Origin: Bdellovibrionales bacterium
GTDB taxonomy: Bacteria; Bdellovibrionota; Bdellovibrionia; Bdellovibrionales; UBA1609
Reading direction: 5' to 3'
Length of the DNA: 64,000 nucleotides
Assembly: GCA_965261545.1 (NCBI GenBank)
Contig: CBDHDF010000007.1
Location: forward strand, 512,001 to 576,000
The notes under the pieces are model-generated. The model worked only from the letters and a program-made list of their open reading frames with translations, had not been told where the DNA came from and ran no database searches. The position numbers were made by a program, and so were the translations under genes. Positions within the stretch are counted from its first letter, which is position 1, and each line of letters begins with the position of its first letter. Below are positions 50,276 through 61,148 of the stretch, one piece after another.

Positions 50276-51862
50276 ATGAAGCGTTTGTTATTATGGGTTA
50301 TACTATCATTTTTTGGTTTAAGTCCATCTGCTTTTGCCGGAGATTACTTAGTTAAAATTGATGGAGGACTTAAGCCATCGTCGGCATCTGATATGAATCT
50401 CATATCTCATATTCAAGGGATGAGTGCCAGTGCGGTTCATGTCAAGGCTTTGCCCTTGGAAAATTGGGTGAAGGTTTCTACGCCTGAAGGCGAGGAACTG
50501 GATTTACAAAGGTTGCAAGCTCATCCGTATATTCAGTATGTTCAAAAAAATTATAAATATGGAATTTTCCAAAATCCATATATTGCTCAACAAACTGAGA
50601 TCATCAAAGAAAAATTCTCAAATTTAGCTCCCCGGTTTAAAGGGATTCAGGAAGATTGTCCCTTTCATCCCATCATTTGCGCTATTCTTGGCATTGGAGA
50701 GGGTGGCGGTTTTCCTGGATTTCCTGGTGGGGGAGAAAATGGCCTCAAAGATAATCCTGATATCCCCGCTAGCAACCCAACACAAGTGGGTGCGGATCCC
50801 TTATTTGATAAGCAGTGGGGAATGAAAGACGTCCAAGTGACCGAGGCCCATAAAGTTCACCAAGGAAGCCCTGAGGTTGTGGTGGCGATCATTGATACAG
50901 GTGTTGACTATACCCACGAAGACCTTGTGAATAACCTTTGGAGAAATCCTGGTGAGATGGGTGAAGATGCCAATGGTAAAGATAAGTCCACCAACGGAGT
51001 CGATGATGATGGCAACGGTTATGTAGATGATGTCATTGGTTGGGATTTTGTTGACAATGATAACAAGCCCTACGATTTAAAGGGGGCAAACCTTCTTCAA
51101 GGCGGAAACCCTGGTCATGGCACCCATTGTGCTGGGAATGCAGCCGCTCAAGGAAATAATCAACTTGGAGTGAAGGGCGTGGCTCCCAATGTAAAAATCA
51201 TGCCCCTTCGGTTTATCAGTGCTGATGGACAGGGAACCACAGAAGCGGCTGTGGCGGCGATTCGTTATGCCATTGACAATGGAGCCACGGTGACTTCCAA
51301 CTCTTGGGGAGTGACGGTTTCCCGTGAGGAAGCTGCAAAGGATAAGCTTCTCAAAGAGGCTTTAGACTACTCTCAAGAAAAGGGAGTGTTGTTTGTGGCC
51401 GCTGCAGGCAATGGAAATAAAATGGGAGTGGGCTTCGACAATGATTCATCACAAACTCCCGCTTATCCAGCCTCTTTTGAACACGATATTATCGTGAGTG
51501 TGGCAGCAACAGATATTAAACAAGAGAGAGGTTCTTTTTCAAATTGGGGTGCGACTTCTGTGGATATTGCGGCACCAGGTGTTGAAATTCTCTCCACAGC
51601 TGTGGGTAACCTCTATCAAGATAAGGTCAAGGTGCCTTTGATGGGGGAAGCGCCTTGGGCTGGAACTTCAATGGCCACTCCCTTTGTCTCAGGTGCTGCG
51701 GCTCTTTATATTTCCGCAAACCCTAGTGCTGATTGGAGATCTGTGAAGGATAGGATTTTGTCCACCGCCACGCCGACGCCTTCTATGCAGGGCAAAGCGG
51801 TTTCCAACGGACGGCTCAATGTCGGAGATTTAATGACGCAGCCACCACAGCTACAGCCATAG
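50276..51862 (+). CDS. secreted S8 family serine peptidase
   Basis: Signal peptide; IIDTG, HGTHCAG and GTSMATP motifs. Confidence 0.95.
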   Translation: MKRLLLWVILSFFGLSPSAFAGDYLVKIDGGLKPSSASDMNLISHIQGMSASAVHVKALPLENWVKVSTPEGEELDLQRLQAHPYIQYVQKNYKYGIFQNPYIAQQTEIIKEKFSNLAPRFKGIQEDCPFHPIICAILGIGEGGGFPGFPGGGENGLKDNPDIPASNPTQVGADPLFDKQWGMKDVQVTEAHKVHQGSPEVVVAIIDTGVDYTHEDLVNNLWRNPGEMGEDANGKDKSTNGVDDDGNGYVDDVIGWDFVDNDNKPYDLKGANLLQGGNPGHGTHCAGNAAAQGNNQLGVKGVAPNVKIMPLRFISADGQGTTEAAVAAIRYAIDNGATVTSNSWGVTVSREEAAKDKLLKEALDYSQEKGVLFVAAAGNGNKMGVGFDNDSSQTPAYPASFEHDIIVSVAATDIKQERGSFSNWGATSVDIAAPGVEILSTAVGNLYQDKVKVPLMGEAPWAGTSMATPFVSGAAALYISANPSADWRSVKDRILSTATPTPSMQGKAVSNGRLNVGDLMTQPPQLQP

Positions 51863-51876
51863 ATCGCGCCAAGCCA

Positions 51877-52845
51877 TTGAGTCACCGTGACCTATCCCGC
51901 TCTTCATTGAATCAGTTCCATGATTTGCTATGTGAACTTTGCGAGGGGGTTAAGGCCAAGGATGTTCGCTCCTTGGCTCGCCTTCTTACACAGGTGGAGC
52001 GTGAAGGTGGATGCTCTTTGGTCAACCCCGATCTGCTCGACCCTCCCCATGGGAGCTTAAGGATAGGTGTGACGGGGCCTCCAGGGGCTGGTAAGTCCAC
52101 TCTTGTGGGTGAGCTGATTCGATCCTTTCGAGCTAAAAATTGGAGCGTGGGGGTCCTCGCTGTTGATCCCTCCAGCTCTTTCAGCCATGGTGCCATCTTA
52201 GGCGACCGCATTAGGTACTCGGATCACTTCCTCGATAAAAATGTTTTTATCCGATCCTTAGGGACAAGGGGTAGCTTGGGGGGCTTAAGTGCCTCTACTT
52301 ATCTTATGCTGAGAGCTTATGATCTTTTTGCCTTTGATATTGTTCTCATAGAGACTGTGGGAGTGGGGCAAACTGAGTTAGAAATTGTTAATGTGGCGGA
52401 TCAGGTGGGAGTGGTTCTTGTTCCGGAGTCGGGTGACTCCATACAAATGATAAAAGCGGGTCTTCTCGAAATTGCAAACTTTTATATTGTTAATAAATCA
52501 GATCGTCCAGGAGCAGCTTCTTTGGCCCGAGAGGTGGAGGCCCACTGGGGCTCCGAGGGGGGGGCAGATTCGGACTCACTAAGAATAAAAAAAGTATTTA
52601 AGACCGTGGCCACAGAGGGGAAGGGCCTTGAAGGAATCGTTCAACTGTGTGAGCAGCTCAAGCTCCAAGTCCAAGATATGAAGAGGCAAAGAAACTCCCC
52701 CCATAGGCTTAGCAAAGAGGCTCAAGCTCTTCTGCGAGCTAGATATGAAGAACGCTTGATAGAGAAGGTGACTGGTATTCAAAGTCTTAAGGAGTTTCAA
52801 GAGTTGGTCCTTAGGACCCATGATGGTGCTGCCTCTACCTGGTGA
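51877..52845 (+). CDS. meaB: methylmalonyl-CoA mutase-associated GTPase
   Basis: GPPGAGKST, AVDPSS, LGDRIR, ETVGVGQ and NKSD motifs. Confidence 0.92.
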   Translation: MSHRDLSRSSLNQFHDLLCELCEGVKAKDVRSLARLLTQVEREGGCSLVNPDLLDPPHGSLRIGVTGPPGAGKSTLVGELIRSFRAKNWSVGVLAVDPSSSFSHGAILGDRIRYSDHFLDKNVFIRSLGTRGSLGGLSASTYLMLRAYDLFAFDIVLIETVGVGQTELEIVNVADQVGVVLVPESGDSIQMIKAGLLEIANFYIVNKSDRPGAASLAREVEAHWGSEGGADSDSLRIKKVFKTVATEGKGLEGIVQLCEQLKLQVQDMKRQRNSPHRLSKEAQALLRARYEERLIEKVTGIQSLKEFQELVLRTHDGAASTW

Positions 52846-52858
52846 TGCTATGCTGCCT

Positions 52859-53260
52859 TTATTTAAAGAATTCGGCGCCAAATTTCCAACCATGATCGGC
52901 AAAGCTCCAATAGTCGCCATTTCCGAATATAATGTGATCCACAATAGGTATCTCTACCAATTGGCTGGCCTGAATAATTTGTCGTGTGAATTGAATATCC
53001 TGTGGCGAGGGTTCGGGATTTCCACTGGGGTGATTATGGGCGATGAGCAAAGAAGAAGAGTTATTTGTAATTGCAAAGCGAAAGATATCCCTAGGGTGAA
53101 CCATGCATTGGTCCACAGTTCCCCGAAACAAACAGCACCTAGCAAGGGTTTTCTTATTTGAGCTAAGAGCAATGCTCCAAAACTCTTCCACATCCTTGGA
53201 AAAACAAGATTTTAGTTGACTGTATGCATCTAGGCTCGTTGTAATGGTGCCCATATCCAT
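52859..53260 (-). CDS. RadC-like JAB domain protein
   Basis: VHPRDIF, HNHPSG...PS.QD and DHII motifs. Confidence 0.88.
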   Translation of the reverse strand: MDMGTITTSLDAYSQLKSCFSKDVEEFWSIALSSNKKTLARCCLFRGTVDQCMVHPRDIFRFAITNNSSSLLIAHNHPSGNPEPSPQDIQFTRQIIQASQLVEIPIVDHIIFGNGDYWSFADHGWKFGAEFFK

Positions 53261-53393
53261 GCTTGAACCTTATGCAATGTGGTGCCAAAATCCCTCTCCT
53301 CTAGAGTTGTGAATGAGTTTAGAAAGGGCCGTATTCCGAATGGTTTATTTTTGTTCGGCATAAAGACACAAATGATTAAGCGAGAGGAGTTAG

Positions 53394-55994
53394 ATGATGA
53401 AAATTTCTTTAAAGTGGCTACAAGATTACATAGATGTGCAAGAGTTTTTTTCAAAACCTGATGAGCTTGGGGAGATTCTTACTCACGGAGGTTTGGAGCT
53501 TGAAAATATCCAAAGAGAATCCGAAAGATTAGACAGTGTGGTGGTGGGGCATATCTGTAGCCTGGAGCAACATCCCCAAGCCGACCGCCTCACTCTCTGC
53601 CAAGTGGATGTGGGAGAGAAAAATCTTCGGCCCATTATTTGTGGAGCAACGAACCACAAGCAAGGGGACAAAGTAGTGGTGGCACTCCCTGGAGCCAAGC
53701 TCTCCTGTGGACTTCATATTAAAAAATCAAAGATTCGTGGGATCGAAAGCCTTGGAATGCTTTGCTCAGAGTCTGAGTTGGGATTTACGGAAAAAAGCGA
53801 GGGCATTTGCATCCTGCCTTCAGAGGCGCCCGTGGGAACATCCTATGCAGAGTATACTCGCCTTGATGATGTCATTTTGGAGTTAAATGTCACCCCTAAC
53901 CGTGCGGACTGTCTCAGTCACGTTGGCTTGGCCCGTGAGTTGGGGGCCCTCCTTGGCCTTGAGGTGCAAAGCCCCAAAGTTCACTTTGAGATGGGGGGGC
54001 ACTCCGTAGAAGAGGCGGCAGAACTTGAGCTTCTTAGCGTGGATCTGTGTCCTCGATACGCAGGGTGCTTAATAAAGGGAGTTAAAGTTGGAGAGTCCCC
54101 AGACTGGATGAAGGCCCGACTGGAAGCTGTGGGAATCCACTCCATCAACAATGTGGTGGATGTCACCAATTATGTCATGATGGAATTGGGCCAACCCCTT
54201 CACGCCTTTGATATTCGCTTCATAGAGGGGCAGAAGATACTTGTGGAACGATCGAAAAAGGGAGAAGAGTTCACCAGCTTGGATGGGACAAAGATTGAAC
54301 TCACAGGAAGTGAACTCGCTATTCGTGATAAAAAGAAAGTCATTGCTCTTGCTGGTATCATCGGTGGCCTCAATTCGGGAGTTGTCCAAGAAACCACAGA
54401 TATTTTTATTGAGTCGGCTCACTTCACTCCAAAAACAGTTCGCTCCACGTCAAGGCGCTTGGGTTTCCAAACAGATTCCGCCTATCGTTTTGCCCGGGGA
54501 ACGGATCCCCAGGGTGTTAAATACGCCCTACAACGAAGTTGCCATCTTATCCAAAAGATGGCCGGGGGAGAAGTGAGCTGCGACTTTTACGATGAATATC
54601 CCGAGCCAATTGTATCTACGCCCGTTGCGGTGAGATATCAAACTCTGGAGGATCGTCTAGGTTACCCTGTTTCCAAAGAGGACTTTCATTTATGGATGAA
54701 GTCCTTGGGCTGTGAATTCGTGAAAACAGAGGATTTCAGTACGACCTTAAGACCACCTTCCTACAGGTGGGATCTCAAAATAGAAATGGATTTTGTCGAA
54801 GAATATGCCAGGCTCAAGGGATATAACAAAATTCCCGAACACTTGCCCGCCCTGGTGGACCCTCCCAGCGAGCACCACAGCTTCTACAAGACAGATAGAG
54901 TTTTAACACAGTGGATGTGTGAACAGGGATATTTTCAAGCTGTGAACTATCATTTCATAGGAGAATCCTTTTTGAAGAGCTTTCTTGGGGATATTTCCAA
55001 ACTTTTCTTCTATGCTCATGGCGGTGGTAGTGCTCATGGCTGTGATGGTGGCACTCGTGATTGTGTTGGTGATTATAGCCATCATACTCATAGTCATGGT
55101 TTGGAATGGGGTCCTATCCTTGTAAAAAATCCACTCAGTGAAGACACCAATGCGATGAGAACAATGTTATTGCCGGGGTTGATGAAAAACCTGCTTTATA
55201 ACTATCGCCATGGCTCCCACTATGGAAGACTCTTTGAGTTGGGAAAAACCTTTGCTCGGAGAACAGACAGTGCTTTCAGCCACCAAGCTTCCGCCATAAA
55301 GACTTCCACAGAGCAGGGTTTCTCCAGCCAAGCTTCCACAGAGAAAAGTCTCTTTGCCGAAAATCACCACCTTGCCTTGCTTGCCTGGGGACAAAGAGAA
55401 ACCCTGTGGCAAAAATCGTCCCAACGTCCTGTCATTTACGACCTCAAGTCCTCCATGGAGTCCTTGTTTTCACGCCTTCGAAGCTCTTCTTTTCAATGGA
55501 GAGATATACACTCTCCGCCAGACTTTCTTCACTCTGGCCAATGTGCAAGTTTATTCTTTGAAGGGCAAACAGTGGGTTTTATAGGGACTCTTCACCCCCG
55601 CCTTAAGGAGGAATACAAGCTTCGTCATGATGTTGCTATGGGAGAGTTTTACGTTGAAGGACTCATGCGTGGGCAGCCCCGTAAACCTAAACTCAAGGAG
55701 CTTTCTAAATATCCCGCTGTGGAGCGAGACTTTGCCTTTGTTTTGCCCGATGATTTAAAGGTTGGTGATGTCATCAGGCATATCCAGAAGTCTGCGGGAA
55801 AAGAACTTCAATCTGTGGTTGTTTTTGATGACTACCGTGGCTCCAGTGTTGACAGACAAGATGGTCACCACTCTGTGGCCTTTCGACTTATCTACCAAGA
55901 CCCCACAGAAACTCTCTCTGAAAAGCGACTTTCAGAGCTTCACCAGAAGCTTATTTCAGCAGTGACCAAGAAATTTTCCATTTCAACAAGGTAA
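53394..55994 (+). CDS. pheT: phenylalanine--tRNA ligase beta subunit
   Basis: ISLKWL, TPNRADC, GQPLHAFD and SKYPAVERD motifs. Confidence 0.97.
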   Translation: MMKISLKWLQDYIDVQEFFSKPDELGEILTHGGLELENIQRESERLDSVVVGHICSLEQHPQADRLTLCQVDVGEKNLRPIICGATNHKQGDKVVVALPGAKLSCGLHIKKSKIRGIESLGMLCSESELGFTEKSEGICILPSEAPVGTSYAEYTRLDDVILELNVTPNRADCLSHVGLARELGALLGLEVQSPKVHFEMGGHSVEEAAELELLSVDLCPRYAGCLIKGVKVGESPDWMKARLEAVGIHSINNVVDVTNYVMMELGQPLHAFDIRFIEGQKILVERSKKGEEFTSLDGTKIELTGSELAIRDKKKVIALAGIIGGLNSGVVQETTDIFIESAHFTPKTVRSTSRRLGFQTDSAYRFARGTDPQGVKYALQRSCHLIQKMAGGEVSCDFYDEYPEPIVSTPVAVRYQTLEDRLGYPVSKEDFHLWMKSLGCEFVKTEDFSTTLRPPSYRWDLKIEMDFVEEYARLKGYNKIPEHLPALVDPPSEHHSFYKTDRVLTQWMCEQGYFQAVNYHFIGESFLKSFLGDISKLFFYAHGGGSAHGCDGGTRDCVGDYSHHTHSHGLEWGPILVKNPLSEDTNAMRTMLLPGLMKNLLYNYRHGSHYGRLFELGKTFARRTDSAFSHQASAIKTSTEQGFSSQASTEKSLFAENHHLALLAWGQRETLWQKSSQRPVIYDLKSSMESLFSRLRSSSFQWRDIHSPPDFLHSGQCASLFFEGQTVGFIGTLHPRLKEEYKLRHDVAMGEFYVEGLMRGQPRKPKLKELSKYPAVERDFAFVLPDDLKVGDVIRHIQKSAGKELQSVVVFDDYRGSSVDRQDGHHSVAFRLIYQDPTETLSEKRLSELHQKLISAVTKKFSISTR

Positions 55995-56051
55995 GATCGT
56001 TGTGTGGAGGCAAATGGATGGACTTTAAATGGGTTCAACACCTGTCTGAAT
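55942..56051 (+). repeat. 110-bp target duplication (second copy at 57964-58073)
   Basis: Identical direct repeats abut both TIRs of the IS at 56052-57963. Confidence 0.92.
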
Positions 56052-57963
56052 CCCGAGTTTGACAGCAGCATCTGCGTTAAAATGCGAAATTTCCAGAAAT
56101 TGGGGTTGTACTGAAATATAATGGTAGCTGCTGGAAAAATTAAAATTGACGTAAAAAAAGTGTAGAAAACAAAATAGGATTTTATCGTTTTAAATATTGA
56201 TATATCATAGAAATATGTAGAAAATATCCTCATGTACATCCAAACGACTAAAAACTCAAAAGGTCAGTGCTACTACCACCTTGTGGAGTCCTACAGAGAA
56301 AAAGGCAAATCCAAAAAACGCATGCTCATGTCCTTAGGTAAGGCTGGAGAAGGAGGAGAGGATAAGATTAATAGTTTGGCGCAGGCCGTATCCCGCCACC
56401 GAGAGCTTCTCACTGTGAGTCAATTGGCTAAGGAGCTTTACATCGAAGAGACTTTCATTTTGGGTCCCTTGCTGATTTTACAAAAGTTGTTTGATCAACT
56501 GGGTATCAATAAGACCCTCAAAGACATAAAAGATTCTCATGAGAAAGTTCAATTTGATTTATGTAAGGTGATTTTTACCTTAGTTGCCAGCCGATTTATT
56601 GCTCCTAGTTCCAAGTTAAAGGTTTTTGAGTATTGGCAAAAATCTTTTTACCCAGACATGATTAAGGGTGATTTGAGTCTCCAGCATATTTATCGGTCTA
56701 TGGACTTACTTGCCTCCCATAAGGATGAAATAGAGAACTCGCTTTATTGGGTGGGGCGAGATTTATTTAATTTTCAAGTAGATATTGTGTTGTATGATTT
56801 AACAACCTTACGCTTCGAGAGTACAAGAACAGACTTAGGGAAACTTCGTCAATTTGGCTATAGTAAAGAGAGACGATCAGACTGCACCCAAGTTGTCTTT
56901 GGTTTGTTGGTGAATCGGGATGGCATCCCTTTAGGTTTTGAGGTTTTCCCTGGAATACTTTTGAAGGCAAGACGCTTTCAGATATTGTTGATAAAATGAG
57001 AAAAAAGTTTAATGTACGCCGTTTCATTTTTGTGGCTGATAGGGGGCTTTTATCAAAGGCTAATACTGACAAACTCAGTGAGGATCAAAGCGAGTTTATT
57101 GTTGGTATGAAGCTTGGATCTTTAAAAAAAGAAAAGAAACAAGAGGTCTATGATTTAAATCGTTTTAGCTGGGTATATGAGAATGAGCTTGCTGTTTACG
57201 AAACAGACCATGGGGGGCATAGATGTATTGTGACTTGGTCTAGGAAAAGAGCAGAGAGGGATAAAAAATCTAGAGAATCCCTTCTTGAAAAGATCGAAGG
57301 AAAACTATCTTCTAAAGGTGTTCAGTCTAGTACTTTTGTTTCCAATAAAGGTTATAAGAAATATGTAAAGATGGCTGACGACAAAAATAAAAAACCTGAA
57401 TTAAATGCAGAACAAATAGAATTAGATGAAAAAATTGATGGTTTTTTTGCCGTCCTTACAAATGTCAAAGACTTGACGGCAGATGAGATTATTATCAACT
57501 ACAAAGAATTGTGGAAAATTGAAGATGCTTTTGGTGAGTTAAAAGGGACTTTGAAAACACGTCCTGTTTTCCATTGGACAGACCAGAGGATTATTGGACA
57601 TTTAACTCTATGCTTTTTAACTTATCTTTGTGAGGCCCACCTTACAAAATGTTTAAGAGATAAGAAGATGAACCTAAAAAGCCCAGCCATAGGCATTGGT
57701 CATGTTAAAGAGCGACCTTTAACTGTTGTAGAGGCCATGAGGGAACTCAAGGAAGTTAGGGCTATCCCTGTTAAAATTCGTGATCAAGTCATTTGGACCC
57801 GCACAGATATCACTGGCAATGCCAACTCCTTATTTAAAGCCGCAGGCGTCCCCATCCCTCCCAGAATCCTTAATGCCCACAAGTGTGGATAAACAAAATA
57901 CAACTATATGCGTTAATCCTTTAATATCATTCGTTTGACGCAGATGCTGCTGTCAAACTCGGG
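56052..57963 (+). mobile_element. IS1634-family element type B, copy 1
   Basis: TIR CCCGAGTTTGACAGCAGCATCTGCGT; 1912 bp. Confidence 0.93.
56232..57892 (+). pseudogene. IS1634 type B transposase with a 1-bp frameshift
   Basis: CCTGG-AATAC near 56953 versus CCTGGTAATAC in intact copy 2. Confidence 0.85.
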
Positions 57964-58152
57964 ACCAGAAGCTTATTTCAGCAGTGACCAAGAAATTTTC
58001 CATTTCAACAAGGTAAGATCGTTGTGTGGAGGCAAATGGATGGACTTTAAATGGGTTCAACACCTGTCTGAATTTTCATTGAAATATCTATAAACTATTG
58101 AAATTTTAGATATTCCTGCTAACCTGTTCCTTGTTATCAGTGAGGAGGTGAC

Positions 58153-58464
58153 ATGACTCATCCAAACTCAAGTCGCATTACAACCACAAAGGCGGATATT
58201 GTTGAAAGCGTCTACCAAAGAATAGGCTTTTCTAAGCAGGAGGCTATCGATCTTGTGGAAATGGTTTTTGAAGCTCTTAAAGAGTCACTGTGCGAGGGTG
58301 AAAAAGTGAAGATATCTGGGTTTGGTAATTTTTCTGTCAAGGAAAAGCAATCCCGGCGAGGAAGAAATCCACAAACAGGCGAGCAAATCATCATCGATGC
58401 CCGTCGAGTTCTGACCTTTAAGCCAAGTCAAGTTCTAAAGGCAGTACTTAACAATGAAGAGTGA
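58153..58464 (+). CDS. ihfA: integration host factor subunit alpha
   Basis: VKISGFGNF and GRNPQTGE motifs; pheT-ihfA-merR context. Confidence 0.93.
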   Translation: MTHPNSSRITTTKADIVESVYQRIGFSKQEAIDLVEMVFEALKESLCEGEKVKISGFGNFSVKEKQSRRGRNPQTGEQIIIDARRVLTFKPSQVLKAVLNNEE

Positions 58465-58482
58465 GCAAGGAGGTCACGGCCC

Positions 58483-59004
58483 ATGGAAGGTTTCATGAGC
58501 GAAGGGGTTACATTGGAAATGGGGAACAGGTACTCACCTCTACCTCCCCCCCATGGAAATTTTCGTCCCAGCCCCCCACCTCTCAGCGTAGATGAAAGTC
58601 TTCTTAAGAGTTTAAGAGGTATTCCCAACAAAATGGTCTTTAAAATTGGAGAGGTTGCGGAGATGTTGGAAGTCAAGTCCTCTGTTTTGAGATACTGGGA
58701 AACTGAGTTTGAAATGCTCAAGCCCCAGAAGTCAAAATACAACCAACGGATGTATTCACGAAAAAATGTAGAACTCTTGTTTATCATCAAAAAGCTTCTC
58801 TACAAAGATCGATTTTCCATTGAGGGGGCTCGATCTGTTCTTAAGAAAACGCAGCAAGAGACAAAAAAAGCCATGGGCTTGCGCTTGCAAAGCCAAAACT
58901 ACAGCCAGAGTCAACATGGATATCTTGAACAACATCTTGAAGAAATTAAAAGCAAGACTCGCCGCCTCCTTGGTGAGATACGGCGGGTTAAGTTAAAATT
59001 TTAA
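58483..59004 (+). CDS. MerR-family transcriptional regulator
   Basis: FKIGEVAE...VLRYWETEF motif. Confidence 0.92.
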   Translation: MEGFMSEGVTLEMGNRYSPLPPPHGNFRPSPPPLSVDESLLKSLRGIPNKMVFKIGEVAEMLEVKSSVLRYWETEFEMLKPQKSKYNQRMYSRKNVELLFIIKKLLYKDRFSIEGARSVLKKTQQETKKAMGLRLQSQNYSQSQHGYLEQHLEEIKSKTRRLLGEIRRVKLKF

Positions 59005-59107
59005 GTGACGGGAGGGGCAGCCAATAAGTGACCAGTGGCGATCATAATTAAATTACCTGAAATCCGCAAAATTATGACTAGGTGTTAGACTTAAGCCTAG
59101 ATTTTCT

Positions 59108-61020
59108 CCCGAGTTTGACAGCAGCATCTGCGTCAAACGAATGATATTAAAGGATTAACGCATATAGTTGTATTTTGTTTATCCACACTTGTGGGCATTA
59201 AGGATTCTGGGAGGGATGGGGACGCCTGCGGCTTTAAATAAGGAGTTGGCATTGCCAGTGATATCTGTGCGGGTCCAAATGACTTGATCACGAATTTTAA
59301 CAGGGATAGCCCTAACTTCCTTGAGTTCCCTCATGGCCTCTACAACAGTTAAAGGTCGCTCTTTAACATGACCAATGCCTATGGCTGGGCTTTTTAGGTT
59401 CATCTTCTTATCTCTTAAACATTTTGTAAGGTGGGCCTCACAAAGATAAGTTAAAAAGCATAGAGTTAAATGTCCAATAATCCTCTGGTCTGTCCAATGG
59501 AAAACAGGACGTGTTTTCAAAGTCCCTTTTAACTCACCAAAAGCATCTTCAATTTTCCACAATTCTTTGTAGTTGATAATAATCTCATCTGCCGTCAAGT
59601 CTTTGACATTTGTAAGGACGGCAAAAAAACCATCAATTTTTTCATCTAATTCTATTTGTTCTGCATTTAATTCAGGTTTTTTATTTTTGTCGTCAGCCAT
59701 CTTTACATATTTCTTATAACCTTTATTGGAAACAAAAGTACTAGACTGAACACCTTTAGAAGATAGTTTTCCTTCGATCTTTTCAAGAAGGGATTCTCTA
59801 GATTTTTTATCTCTCTCTGCTCTTTTCCTAGACCAAGTCACAATACATCTATGCCCCCCATGGTCTGTTTCGTAAACAGCAAGCTCATTCTCATATACCC
59901 AGCTAAAACGATTTAAATCATAGACCTCTTGTTTCTTTTCTTTTTTTAAAGATCCAAGCTTCATACCAACAATAAACTCGCTTTGATCCTCACTGAGTTT
60001 GTCAGTATTAGCCTTTGATAAAAGCCCCCTATCAGCCACAAAAATGAAACGGCGTACATTAAACTTTTTTCTCATTTTATCAACAATATCTGAAAGCGTC
60101 TTGCCTTCAAAAGTATTACCAGGGAAAACCTCAAAACCTAAAGGGATGCCATCCCGATTCACCAACAAACCAAAGACAACTTGGGTGCAGTCTGATCGTC
60201 TCTCTTTACTATAGCCAAATTGACGAAGTTTCCCTAAGTCTGTTCTTGTACTCTCGAAGCGTAAGGTTGTTAAATCATACAACACAATGTCTACTTGGAA
60301 ATTAAATAAATCTCGCCCCACCCAATAAAGCGAGTTCTCTATTTCATCCTTATGGGAGGCAAGTAAGTCCATAGACCGATAAATATGCTGGAGACTCAAA
60401 TCACCCTTAATCATGTCTGGGTAAAAAGATTTTTGCCAATACTCAAAAACCTTTAACTTGGAACTAGGAGCAATAAATCGGCTGGCAACTAAGGTAAAAA
60501 TCACCTTACATAAATCAAATTGAACTTTCTCATGAGAATCTTTTATGTCTTTGAGGGTCTTATTGATACCCAGTTGATCAAACAACTTTTGTAAAATCAG
60601 CAAGGGACCCAAAATGAAAGTCTCTTCGATGTAAAGCTCCTTAGCCAATTGACTCACAGTGAGAAGCTCTCGGTGGCGGGATACGGCCTGCGCCAAACTA
60701 TTAATCTTATCCTCTCCTCCTTCTCCAGCCTTACCTAAGGACATGAGCATGCGTTTTTTGGATTTGCCTTTTTCTCTGTAGGACTCCACAAGGTGGTAGT
60801 AGCACTGACCTTTTGAGTTTTTAGTCGTTTGGATGTACATGAGGATATTTTCTACATATTTCTATGATATATCAATATTTAAAACGATAAAATCCTATTT
60901 TGTTTTCTACACTTTTTTTACGTCAATTTTAATTTTTCCAGCAGCTACCATTATATTTCAGTACAACCCCAATTTCTGGAAATTTCGCATTTTAACGCAG
61001 ATGCTGCTGTCAAACTCGGG
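59108..61020 (-). mobile_element. IS1634-family element type B, copy 2
   Basis: Same TIRs; 57-bp direct repeats at 59051-59107 and 61021-61077. Confidence 0.93.
59179..60840 (-). CDS. IS1634-family transposase (type B), intact
   Basis: YDLTT, GYSKE, ADRG and YKELWKIEDAF motifs. Confidence 0.94.
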   Translation of the reverse strand: MYIQTTKNSKGQCYYHLVESYREKGKSKKRMLMSLGKAGEGGEDKINSLAQAVSRHRELLTVSQLAKELYIEETFILGPLLILQKLFDQLGINKTLKDIKDSHEKVQFDLCKVIFTLVASRFIAPSSKLKVFEYWQKSFYPDMIKGDLSLQHIYRSMDLLASHKDEIENSLYWVGRDLFNFQVDIVLYDLTTLRFESTRTDLGKLRQFGYSKERRSDCTQVVFGLLVNRDGIPLGFEVFPGNTFEGKTLSDIVDKMRKKFNVRRFIFVADRGLLSKANTDKLSEDQSEFIVGMKLGSLKKEKKQEVYDLNRFSWVYENELAVYETDHGGHRCIVTWSRKRAERDKKSRESLLEKIEGKLSSKGVQSSTFVSNKGYKKYVKMADDKNKKPELNAEQIELDEKIDGFFAVLTNVKDLTADEIIINYKELWKIEDAFGELKGTLKTRPVFHWTDQRIIGHLTLCFLTYLCEAHLTKCLRDKKMNLKSPAIGIGHVKERPLTVVEAMRELKEVRAIPVKIRDQVIWTRTDITGNANSLFKAAGVPIPPRILNAHKCG

Positions 61021-61148
61021 AATTACCTGAAATCCGCAAAATTATGACTAGGTGTTAGACTTAAGCCTAGATTTTCTCTTCAAATCGAACATAATGAGGT
61101 TTTATCTCTCCTAAACATTGACGATGCGACGCATCCATAGTCATAATT

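Noticed and set aside
52859..53260. JAB protein as part of a CBASS-like defence system
   Set aside because: RadC-type motifs, and no neighbouring cyclase or E1/E2 genes.
1337..55965. Many 60-185 aa ORFs overlapping housekeeping genes
   Set aside because: Shadow ORFs with no recognisable motifs.
56232..57892. Two-ORF transposase with programmed frameshift
   Set aside because: Copy 2 is one continuous ORF; copy 1 simply lacks one T (mutation or sequencing error).
59005..59050. tRNA-Pro that often follows ihfA-merR
   Set aside because: No cloverleaf or T-loop motif before the IS end; I recognised no tRNA or rRNA in the window.
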